64,000 nucleotides of DNA from Macrostomum lignano (lineage: Eukaryota): contig NIVC01002343.1 in the NCBI GenBank assembly GCA_002269645.1, positions 46,555 through 110,554 of the forward strand. The letters are read 5' to 3'. Shown here in pieces: positions 49,947 to 61,200 of the stretch (positions within the stretch are counted from its first letter, which is position 1; each line of letters opens with the position of its first letter). The notes under the pieces are model-generated. The model saw nothing but the letters and a program-made list of their open reading frames with translations. It ran no database searches and had not been told where the DNA came from. The translations under genes and the position numbers were made by a program.

Positions 49947-50169
49947 AGTAATGTTCACAAGAGTGCTGTGGGCTCCCTGCCGCAACACGCCTTCGACAAC
50001 AGCCCACGTCCCACAACGATGCGGCAATTTTGTCCATTCCGCTGATTGCTGATCACCTATAAGAGGGGGTTGGCCCTAATGGGTGTGAATCGTACGTCAA
50101 TCCCCAGCCAACTTTCATGCACAGGCCTCAAATGAATGATGGTCACGCACGTAATCAAACCAGGGGTCG

Positions 50170-50460
50170 TGGCACGAAATTCAGACCTGTTTTCAGACCT
50201 GTATCGACTTTCGATAGAAAACTCGTCTGACTGAACTCAACGCATCTTGCAGACGCTTTCGAGGTTCTGTCTGCCTTCACGGAGAAATTTTTCCGTGACG
50301 GTACATGCATCGTTGCTAAGATATTGCTCGATGCTAAAGGGATTAAATATTCGAAAAACATGTTTTTTGCAAAGGTCAAGCAGCTCTTTCGACTTGAAAT
50401 GCAGCGTCTTGATAAAATCAGAAGCGTCATGTAAAAAAACATAGAAGCGTCATTTAAGGC
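50170..50460 (+). mobile_element. Diverged fragment of the satellite-bearing Helitron-like family, with only ~2 monomers
   Basis: CCGTGACGGTACATGCATCG...TATTCGAAAAACATG...GCAAAGGTCAAGCA...GACTTGAAATGCA matches ~6535-6650 and is followed by AGAAGCGTCATGTAAAAAAACATAGAAGCGTCATTTA. Confidence 0.75.
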
Positions 50461-50700
50461 CGCTGTACACTCCTGTGTGAGTCTGTGACTGCGCACGCAT
50501 CCGTGTGCTTGTGTGCCTGCTCAGGGGAGTTTTCAGAATGGGTTATGTGACAATCCCGCTTAAAGTGCACCAGGGTGTGAAAAATGGTGAAAAAAAATTT
50601 CCCAGATGGACTTCGATCGTTTTTTATTTACTTCTTAATAACATCAGTAGTTACATCAGTAGTAAGTATATACGTGTTTTCTTTTTTAGATACTTCACTT
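50461..50700 (+). repeat. Dispersed repeat, paralogous to ~57105-57330
   Basis: Shared CTGTACACTCCTGTGTG...TGTGCCTGCTCAGGGGAGT...CAGAATGGG...TGTGACAAT...AAGTGC(A/G)CCAGGGTG. Confidence 0.6.
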
Positions 50701-50879
50701 CAAATTGAGCACTTCTTGAACACGATTCTCTATTTAGCTGAATTTCGTTTATAAAATTAGGATTCGATGTTAGTTTTACATCCTACGTGCAACACTAAAA
50801 ACAAAATGCGTAAAAATACGCAGCCCTGAAGGCAGGTCACAGTTAGAGCAGGGTGTCCCAGCGTCGCATAGCAGGCAGT

Positions 50880-51585
50880 CCACTTATCGACGGCTTCGGG
50901 CCTGACCCCGCCTGAACGGGCCCTGCAAGGTGAGCAGCAGGACGTCCTGAACAGGTTGGCGGCAGTAGCCCTCGGCCCGGATCACGTGACTCGCCAGTTG
51001 AGGTCGCCGCCGGCGCAGGATGGTGGACGTGCGCTGCAGCTTGGCCCGATCGTACAGGGCCTCGGTCCCGACGCTCTCGTCAGCTCGAAAGGCTGCACGG
51101 GCAGCCCTGAGTGCGCGGAGTCCAACTGCCGCTCGCTCCAGAGTACCCGTCAGCGTCCATGTCTCGACTACCGCCTGCAACAGCCGAGCCCTCTGGCGGG
51201 TCGGGCAGCGCTTCGGACGGAGGCTCGGATCAAACGGAAGGCCGCCGAGGCAAGTCCTCTGCGCCGCCGGAGGTTCTTTACGTGAAGCACCAGACCGCCG
51301 AAGTAGGTGAGCCGCTGGCAGCGTGCGAGCCTGATCATCTGCTGATCAGATGAGCCTGATCACCTGATCAGCGTGCGAGCCGCGGCACGTCAGGTCCTCT
51401 GGGATGTCGGCCGGCACAGTCAGCACCTCGGTCTTCAGCATGTTGACAATCAGACCGACGCTCGATGCCACCTCGACCAGCCTGTCGATCTGGCGCTGGG
51501 CGCCTTCAACCGACGATGACATGAGGCGAGGTCGTCGGCGTAGCCAAGCACGCTCAGGCGCTTTTCGCCAGCTGGAACTTTGAAC
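50880..51585 (-). mobile_element. 5'-truncated, decayed non-LTR retrotransposon (RTE-like LINE): RT and C-terminal fragment
   Basis: Minus strand, across frameshifts: RLSVLGYADDLA, VGLIVNMLKTEVL, ETWTLT, LYDRAKLQRTSTILRRRRPQLASHVIR, FRRGQAR. Confidence 0.8.
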
Positions 51586-51819
51586 TTTGAGCTTTGAGCT
51601 GGAAAGTTGCCAGCCGAGAAAATTTGCAGCAAGGAAGCAGCTCAGAAGGTTCAGTAGCTGTCGAACGTTACAATTATAAATTAACAATAAAAGCTAAGCT
51701 ATATCGGATAGATTTATTTATTACACTTATTATTACAGTATTAGGCTGCATAACAGACCTGTATTTTAAAAACGCTTTAGCAACTTGCTGCAAATTTTCT
51801 CGGCTGGCAAAGTTTTTAA

Positions 51820-52270
51820 GACCCGTTCATAACTGCTTCTTGTGACTGACTTACTGTAACCGACTTGATGTGTGAGTATTCAATTATAAGTGCTTCAATT
51901 CAGATCATCAGTTCGAAGAGAGCTGGACTAGATCTGAACACACTGAACTGCTAATGTAGCGACCTGGTTTCAAATTTTTAAAGTGTATACATTTTTATCA
52001 AAATTATTTTAAATGTCAAGAGCTGTAAACTCCACGAAAAACTAAAGAATAAGGAAGCGTCATGTCAAACATAAAAAGCGTCATGTCAAACATAAAAAGC
52101 GTCATGTCAAACATAAAAAGCGTCATGTCAAACATAAAGGAAGAGTCATGTCAAACATAAAAAGCGTCATGTCAAACATAAAGGAAGAGTCATGTCAAAC
52201 ATAAAAAGCGTCATGTCAAACATAAAAGAAGAGTCATGTCAAACATAAAAGAGGCATCATGTAAAACATG
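51820..52270 (+). mobile_element. Diverged fragment of the same Helitron-like family, with ~9 shortened (~21-bp) monomers
   Basis: CATAACTGCTTC, GAGAGCTGGACTAGATCTGAACACACTGAACTGCTAATG match ~6830-6975; followed by (AAGCGTCATGTCAAACATAAA)n at ~52055-52265. Confidence 0.7.
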
Positions 52271-52547
52271 AAAAAAACCTCGACGCAGCTGGCGTGTCAA
52301 GGTATCGACTTTGTCAGACATCAATGGCAAACAGGTTCTGTGCGTTTTATTTTTACTGACGCTCGGACATTGCAAATTTTGCTTTTCTCTCCGTCTCAGG
52401 TGCTTTCTACTAGCGAAATTTAACATACACATTTGCCATCGATGTCGGCTTGTTGTCCGGAATGTACTGTGCATCTGTAGTTACTCTGTCATTTATCCAG
52501 AGACTGTAGAAGGGCGCAGTGTGGTCCATCAGCTCAGGTACAGATGC

Positions 52548-53190
52548 ATGTTAATGTTAAGCCTTAAAACTGGCTGTGTCTACAGTGTCCAATGAGACAA
52601 ATGGCATGTTAATGTTAAGCCTTAAAACTGGCTATGTCTACAGTGTCCAATGAGACAAATGGCATGTTAATGTTAAGCCTTAAAACTGGCTATGTCTACA
52701 GTGTCCAATGAGACAAATGGCATGTTAATGTTAAGCCTTAAAACTGGATATGTCTACAGTGTCCAATGAGACAAATGGCATGTTAATATTAAGCCTTAAA
52801 ACTGGCTATGTCTACAGTGTCCAATGAGACAAATGGCATGTTAATGTTAAGCCTTAAAACTGGCTATGTCTACAGTGTCCAATGAGACAAATGGCATGTT
52901 AATATTAAGCCTTAAAACTGGCTATGTCTACAGTGTCCAATGAGACAAATGGCATGTTAATGTTAAGCCTTAAAACTGGCTATGTCTACAGTGTCCAATG
53001 AGACAAATGGCATGTTAATGTTAAGCCTTAAAACTGGCTATGTCTACAGTGTCCAATGAGACAAATGCTGGCTAATGTTAAGCCTTAAAACTGGCTATGT
53101 CTACAGTGTCCAATGAGACAAATGCTGGCTAATGTTAAGCCTTAAAACTGGCTATGTCTACAGTGTCCAATGAGACAAATGCTGGCTAAA
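52548..53190. repeat. 58-bp minisatellite, ~11 copies
   Basis: Unit TAATGTTAAGCCTTAAAACTGGCTATGTCTACAGTGTCCAATGAGACAAATGGCATGT. Confidence 0.96.
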
Positions 53191-53231
53191 AGAGCTGGCG
53201 TGTAATTGGTGATTGCAGCGCTTCAAAAAGA

Positions 53232-53269
<38 letters not shown>

Positions 53270-53328
53270 GCATAACGCAGTGGAGCGCCAATCCAGCAAG
53301 TTCTGATAAAACAGCAGCATATTTTGCA

Positions 53329-54634
53329 ATGTTAGTTGGTGTAATATCGCTATTGTTTTTGTGCTACCCAGCTGTAGCATGCGAGCAATGCTCTGCCGTG
53401 TATGAGCTTCTGACCAACACCTGTCCGAGTGCTCTGTCTGGCCTGGAGCCCGCGACCGCTGCGGTCGAGTCCGAGTGCGTGCTGCACTGCACTCTGAATA
53501 GTTGGTGCCGACTGTCTGTGTACCTGACAGACAGTGGTGCCTGCTACAGCCTGCCTAACGTGACTTTAGTGACTGGCAGCTGCGGCCTGGTGCGAAGGAA
53601 ACTGGCCATCTTTTCCGGTGAGCTTTTAGCATGGCAGTTGATGCAGACATATTTGTCTCGCACAATATGTGTGAGAATAATGTGTGAACTATCATCATTT
53701 CAGACGCATCAACGTCTGCAACTGCCTCAACGATCGGATCAACTGGTTCCACGACCAGCTCGACCAGCGCAACTGGGACTCAATCTCCAGTCACTGTAGC
53801 ATCGACCACAATGATGCAGAGTGTCACCACGGCTGCCATTTCGTCCGGATTGTCGAACCTGAGCTTCGCCTCAAGCGTACTGCTTTGGTACAACTTTCGA
53901 AAGGGTTTTATGAACCTGGCGAACCCGGGCCGTTTCGATGCCTCACCTTTTGGTGTTGCGGATCAGGATGCGCTCAAAGGAGTTCGCCTCAACGGGTCCT
54001 CCGGTTCCTATCTCGAGATTCATTCGACCAACTTTTTCAAAAATTTTAAATCAGGGAAAAGCTTCAGCTTCTTTTTTCAAGGGACTTTTGCTAACAACGC
54101 CTCGTGAGTTTTCTGCGAATTCAATACTAATATAATGTATTCGAAATTTTAACGCGTTATTACTCATTATTAACCACACAGCGGTTGCATACATTGCAGG
54201 CTTCGATGCATCAGTTCGTTTAGCAGCTGCTCGCACAACACCACCGTCAGCCACTTCAGCACTGACATCGCTGCCAGGATTTACTCCAAGACCTACTTTT
54301 CCGACGGCTCCGAAGAATTCGCGTCTGTGGGCGCAGAAGCAGCTCTTCCGAACAACGGTACTCAGCAAAGCTACTCTATTGGGCTGGCCTTTATTGGAGA
54401 GGACAATGAGTACCTGGACGAGTGGTACATGAACGGAAGTTTCTACGACACGGAATCACCGAACAAAGACGGCGACAGTCCAGCCGCCAACTCGACCTTC
54501 GACTGCCTGCGCATCGGCAACTGCTTCAGCGCCGGCCCTCGCCCTACAACGGCTGGCTGCAGTGCTGGGGCTTCGTCAACGGCACCCTCGGCCTGTCCGA
54601 GTTTAACGGCCTTCGCCACTTGTGCAACTCTTAG
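53329..54634 (+). CDS. Secreted protein (~374 aa): signal peptide, PAN/apple-like Cys domain, Ser/Thr-rich linker, LamG/concanavalin-A-like domain
   Basis: Exons 53329-53617, 53704-54103, 54200-54634 with phase-consistent GT-AG introns. Motifs ECVLHCTLNSWCRLSVY (PAN-like), STSATASTIGSTGSTTSSTS, VLLWYNF, VRLNGSSGSYLEI, LRIG...YNGWLQ...NGTLGLSEF (LamG-like). One -1 frameshift near 54535. Confidence 0.7.
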
Positions 54635-56284
54635 ACTGCGCGCTCTGAATCCACGGCGCAGCCAGAATGGCCAGAACTTTGTAAGAATGGTCAGAACTTT
54701 GTAAGAATGGCCAGAACTTTGTAAGAATGGCCAGAACCTCTATCGCTAAAATAGCATAGAATTGTCAACAGGCGTCCAAAGCGTCTTGAAAATGTAAATC
54801 AGTGAGTGAATCCAGTTGTTAGGCAAATAGCAAAGAATTGTAACAGCTTGGTAGATGCTAGGAAAAAAATCTGATAGAAGTGCAGAGAAAACGTGATGTA
54901 GAAATGATGCGGTACTGCTGACAGTTGCTAAGTTTGAGAAGCAGTCTAAGAAGTCCTCCCTTAACTCTTATACAACTGCCTAGCTGTCTATCCTTGCAGT
55001 CTTACTTTCTTTTCTATTTCTTGATTTTCTTTTCATCTATCTGCAGTTTTCATTGTTTGCTGAGATAATTGAAGAAACTTTGAAGAAAACATTTGCTGCT
55101 CCCAAAATCGATTTCTAAGACTGAGCAAAGTGAAACAAAGGCCTGCAACAGTTATTGCGGCAAACGAAGGCTCCGTTCTGCTTGTCTGCTTCCCTACAAT
55201 AGAGCGACTTTTCTCTAGTTGGGAACAATTTTCATCATCAAGGATGCTGAGCTTCCGATCACGGGGCTATAAATTTCAATCGATCGGTTCTGAAAAAGCT
55301 TTCCCAAGTCAAAGTATCCGGAGGCCGTTAAACACACGAGAGACTCCAGGCGGGTCTGTGGCTGTTGAATCCGACATGCACAAAACTGAAGCAGTGGAGG
55401 GAGCTGTTGCAGTAGATCAAAAAGCTTCTTTTCAAAGCCAGCTGTTTTAGTAGTTTTTTTGTTCTGGTCACACTGATTGATTTATTTACCAGATTACCCA
55501 ATCCAGAATTTTTATAATTAACGCCAGTCTATATTTTTAGCGCCTCGCATTCTGCCGTTTTGTTATTTTTTCTTATTCTGCAATCGTGTTGAGTTTCCAA
55601 CTGTTTTTACGCACAGCGCGATCTAAAAGTCACGCATGCCAGGTTTTTAATTCTGAGTTTGGACAAAAAATGGTGTTGACAAAAACGGATCCCTGACTTG
55701 ACCTGATCCTGATTGACAGCCTTTTAAGCACGCACAGATGTTGTTGGTATTTTTTGCCAAGCTGGTACGTGTTCCTCTTTACAAACCATTCATTCTATTT
55801 GCTATGCTTTAAATCTGCTCACTTTTCTCGATTTCCTTAGATAGATATAAACATGCGTAATTATGCATATTTGCCTTCTTATCGTCAGCGAACTATCCTG
55901 TTAAGTCTTAATATAATATGCCTATTTTTGTAGCCCAGTCCCTTCTGTCGGCTCTTGAATTTAAAGTAGTGAAAACCAGACACTCATATTCTAAAAAAAC
56001 TCTACCTTAAATTAATTTATACGTGACTGAATCAATTGCGACTAGCGAGCCCTGGCTGTGAAACAAACATGACGTGATGCAAATCGGACTGCTTCTCAGC
56101 AGCAGAATCATGGAGTAAAAATTTCACTTCACAATTTTCCTGCTGATGAGGAACTATTGGCTACAGAATCCATCCCGTAGATCTTCGGGCACAGGAAAAA
56201 ACTGACTGGTATGGTACGGCAGTTTTATATGAGAGTTTCTGTTCCAGATGCTAAGGTCTACATTTCTAGGGGCGCGGCCTGCTG

Positions 56285-56975
56285 TGCACTCTGATGTGCC
56301 TGATGTGCCTGATGTATGGTCTGATGTGCCTGATGTACCTGATGTGCCTAATGTATGGTCTGATGTGCCTGATGTACCTGATGTGCCTAATGTATGGTCT
56401 GATGTGCCTGATGTGCCTGATGTGCTTGAGGTGCCTAATGTATGGTCTGATGTGCCTGATGTGCCTAATGTATGTTCTGATGTGCCTGATGTGCCTGATG
56501 TGCTTGAGGTGCCTAATGTATGGTCTGATGTGCCTGAGGTGCCTAATGTATGGTCTGATGTACCTGATGTGCCTGATGTGCTTGAGGTGCCTAATGTATG
56601 GTCTGATGTACCTGATGTGCCTAATGTATGGTCTGATGTGCCTGATGTACCTGATGTGCCTAATGTATGGTCTGATGTGCCTGATGTGCCTGATGTGCTT
56701 GAGGTGCCTAATGTATGGTCTGATGTGCCTGATGTGCCTAATGTATGTTCTGATGTGCCTGATGTGCCTGGTGTGCCTAATGTATGGTCTGATGTGCCTG
56801 ATGTACCTGATGTGCCTAATGTATGGTCTGATGTGCCTGATGGGCCTGATGTGCCTAATGTATGGTCTGATGTACCTGATGTGCCTAATGTATGCTCTGA
56901 TGTGCCTGATGCACGCTCTGATGTGCCTGATGTGCCTTATGTGCGCTCTAGTGTTGCCTGGTGTGCACTCTGATG
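56285..56975. repeat. Minisatellite based on 9/12-bp units (GATGTGCCT / AATGTATGGTCT)
   Basis: Irregular tandem mix of the two units, bounded by TGTGCACTCTGATG at both ends. Confidence 0.93.
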
Positions 56976-57104
56976 GCACAGGCTCGATTCCAAGTTCTGT
57001 CACATTAATCTGGGGGCTAAATCAGAATCTCCGCTTGGGTCTGCTCGTACAATTAATTACAATTAATTGAGGAGCCAAAGCACAGTGAAGTGAACATGCC
57101 TAAC

Positions 57105-57330
57105 GGCCCCTGTACACTCCTGTGTGTCCGCGCGCTTTTGTGCCTGCTCAGGGGAGTCGGCAGAATGGGCTGTAATGCTTCGCCGGTTGTGTGACAATGT
57201 CGCTTGAAGTGCGCCAGGGTGCACACAGCCCCCGGCTCTAATAAAAAATCACTTCGTTCACTTCGATTTCCTTCTCAGTATTCTACTAATCAGTAGTATA
57301 GACGTTATATTTTCATTCTTCTTTCCACTT
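57105..57330 (+). repeat. Dispersed repeat, paralogous to ~50461-50700
   Basis: Same shared motif string as 50461-50700. Confidence 0.6.
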
Positions 57331-58246
57331 TTCTTCCCTTTTACGATTCTCCATTATTTTCTTGAAACACACCAGGCTAGACTCGTCTTCTTTGCTAATC
57401 TCTGAATCTAGTCGCGCCGGGCGGATCTTGGAAAAGCTCTGGTCCTGGACAAATTGTTGTCTATCTGTTTTAATTTTTTGACTCGCTTAGAAAATAATTA
57501 TTCGTTCCATTATGAAAATGGTGCCTGAATTTGAAAATTATGAAAATCTAATTTGTGAATAGTAATTTTATTAATTGCGAGAAGAACGCCTTCCGCAATA
57601 TTCTTTTAAGTTGTCTTGTCTACAGGAAAGTACATCAATGCACTTTCGAATGCTACGAGCGTAGCTACTCAATTGAATAAAGATTTCAACTGGATTCGAC
57701 CTTCAACCATCAGACTAAAAACAACTGAACTCATTTTCAACAAACGCAGCTATTTCTACTTATAGTAGTTCGTAGCAAAATAGTGCAGTTTGTATCTACG
57801 TGTACTGTTTCGCTATAACTGCTTCATTATTCTGACCATTTGTATAATATACTGTCACCCAAACACCATCACACATGACTTCTTTCCCACACGTTTATTA
57901 TTCATCAACTCTTCCTTACATTGGCCTGAAAAAGGTGGAATAATGGCCACGAATGTGTGGAATATTGGCCTTAAATGTGTGGCATCTGTGCTGGACAAAA
58001 TGCAGATAAAATGCACTTGTTTAGCATGCAGCTTGACTGGAAAACTCGGACGCTACGCGCGCTCGTATTTCGGCTCGAGCTCGGCTACATGCCTGCCATT
58101 GGCTGAGCTCTTCTACCCAATCAAATTCTGTTCGCGCATTTAAACCGCTCTCACTCGTAATTTTCTCTCCGTTTCGCTCAAGCCTCTCCAAATGAGATCG
58201 AAAGCTGCCCCTACAGTTTGCTCAGCTTGTGCTGTCTGAGTTGAAA

Positions 58247-61200
58247 ATGCTCCAGACAATTCTGTTGCTGCTCATGCAGACTGCTGGCAAGTATGCGGAA
58301 CAGAGAGACAATGACTGCTCATCTCAGCTCAGCGCAGCCATATTAAATGGCAACATTGAAACCGTGGACAGTTGCCTGGTCAGACATGTCGACGTCAACA
58401 GGCTCGCGCCATTCAAAGGCAGCTGGCTGGCTCCTGTGCATCTCGCGTGTGCATTCGGACAGAGGGAGATTCTCGATAAGCTAATAAAAGCAGAAGCCGA
58501 TGTTGACCTTCAACTCAGCAACGGGATGTCGGCCCTCTTCATCGCGTCTGGTAATGGGCAGGTGGAAGTTGTGGACTTGCTCATCAAGGCTCAGGCGGAT
58601 GTGAATCTTCGGGAAGCAAGCGGGCGCTCGGCCCTCAACGTCGCCTCACAAGAGGGCCATTTCCAGGTAGTGGAATCCCTGATCAAAGCGCATGCGGACC
58701 CCAACTTACAAGACAATGCAGGCTATTCACCTGTTTTTATCGCATTGCATTGCGGGCACCAGAGAGTGGTGAAGTCCCTGCTTAAAGCGAGTGCGGATCC
58801 CAACTTGGGCAGGAAAGATGGTGTCTCATCTTTGCACATCGCATCGCAACTGGGCGCTAAAGATGCGATGCAACTTCTTGTCAAAGCACTCGTGGATCTT
58901 GACATTCAGGAAGCACATGGCTGCACACCTCTTTACTTGGCATCGCAGAGCAACAGCATGGAAGTAGCGAACTGCCTACTGACCGCACAGGCGGATCCGA
59001 ATCTCCAGGTCGTTAGTGGAATTTCACCTCTGGCATTCGCAGCTCAGAAAGGCGGCTGTCGGGTAATTGAGGCGCTCTTGAAAGGGCGCGCTAATGTCGA
59101 CATTCAAGAAGTCTATGGCGCGCGCCGCTGTACGTTGCCTCCGAAAATGGCCATCACCAAATTGTAGACTTACTCATCAAGTCTCAAGCAAGCATCGATC
59201 TTCAAGAATTGAGGGGTCGGACGCCTCTCTACATTGCAGCAGAAAATGGTCACGAACGGGTGGCAAATTTTTTATTGAGGCCCAGGCCGATGTAAACCTG
59301 CAAGAAATTGAAGGGTGCTCGCCTCTCTTCATTGCCTCACAGCAGGGGCATCACCGAGTTGTCAATCTGCTCATTAAGACGCAGGCTGACGTCAATTTGC
59401 AGGGAATCGGTGGAGGATCGCCTCTCTTCATAGCATCGCAGAATGGTCATTGGGGAGTGGCTGAATCCCTCATAAATCAGAATGCCGACGTCAACCTGCT
59501 AACAGACGAGGGGATATCACCGCTTTATATCGCCGTGCAGAATGGCTACTACAGGATAGCTAAACAACTGATTGAGGCCGATGCCAAAGTCGATCTTCAA
59601 GAGAAGCACGGTCGCTCTGCCCTTCACATTGCAGCATATTCCGGTCAACGCTTAGCGGTAGAGCTGCTCATCAAAGGCCAAGCGGATGTCAACCTTCGTG
59701 AAAGCGACGGATCTTCACCTCTATTTGCGGCAGCATTGCGGGGACACCACAGTGTAGTAAGCGCTCTTATCGAAGCCAAGTCAGAAGTCGATTCCGTGCA
59801 AAGGACGGTGCAACTTCGCTCTTTGTTGCCTGTCAAAATGGTTTTATAGAAGTAGCGCGCTCGCTAATCAAAGCTCGGGCTGATGTTAATCTCCAGAGAG
59901 ACAATGGTGCATCGCCACTCTACACTGCCTCCGAAAACGGACATACCGCAATGGTTGAATTGCTGATCATGGCGCAGGCTGATATTAATCTTCAAAGGAA
60001 AAACTGCATGTCGCCACTGTACATTGCTTCTCAGAATGGAAATTGGCAAGCGGTGGACTTGCTAATCAAAGCGCTCGCTAATGTCGATGCCGTCAGTGAC
60101 ACTGGGTCTTCACCTATCTTCACCGCTTCTCAAAATGGCCATCATCGAGTAGTGCGCTTACTTATTAAGGCTAATGCAAGTGCTAATCAACAACTCCTCA
60201 ATGGCTGCTCTCCCCTGTACGCTGCATCGGAAAGCGGTCATCGGCAGGTCGTTGGGCTGTTAATTAAGGCTCAAGCCGACGCCAACTTGCCCAGTAGGAA
60301 TGGCTGCTCACCTCTTTTCGTGGCTTCGCAGAACGGCCACGAGCAAGTAGTAAAACTGCTCATAGAAGCCGGGCCGACGTTAATCTTCAAGACATCGAAG
60401 GACGCTCAGCCCTCTTCATTTCCTCACAGCAGGGTCATCATCAAATAGTGGAAAACCTCATCAAAGCAGAAGCTGATCTAAATGCTCAAGATTTTCAAGG
60501 CTGTTCACCCCTATACATCGCATCGCAGCAAGGGCATTCAAAAGTTGCACTTTCGCTGATAAAGGCAAACGCGGACGTGAACCAGCAAAAGCATGACGGA
60601 GTGACGCCACTTCATATCGCATCACAGAACGGTTTCTCTGAAATCGTGGAAGCCCTGCTCGAGGCAAGAGCAGAAGTCGGTCTTTATCTGAATCAGGTCA
60701 GTCGGCTCTAACGGCTGCATTTCATGGTGGCCATCGTGCTGTGATGTCTCTACTGATCAAGTCAATGGGAGGCAGGATAGTTCCCAATACAGGTAGTGTC
60801 GTCTCAAAAACAGGCTCTGCTAATTTCTTTGACGAGTTACTTTCGGGGTGAGTTTATTGCGAGCGTACATAAATTCGCTATAAAAGTTAAATAGGAATTA
60901 CAAACACGATTAAAACTTGTTAATTTCCATCTCCTAGCAAACTTTGCTCACTGATAATCCTCTTCATTTTTCAGGTCGGCTCTCGTTGAATACCGACTGA
61001 GCCAGCGGCTCTCTTCTGCTCTGTGTAAGTCAGGATTTGTTGATTCCAGAGCCGCCCTACAGAGTGCAGTCGCCGATGTCTTGCAAGCAATACTGCAGAA
61101 TCGGCGGTCGGACAAGTCCTTTGTTGTCGGAAGCTACTCAGAAGGCTGGGGCAACAATCTGAAGACGCTGGATGGCCGGACGGACTCGGAGTCCGATATT

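Noticed and set aside
56248-57070. DVPDVPNVWS repeat protein
   Set aside because: Open in multiple frames on both strands, no signal peptide or splice partner found; treated as a non-coding minisatellite (unlike the FDPLMM repeat).
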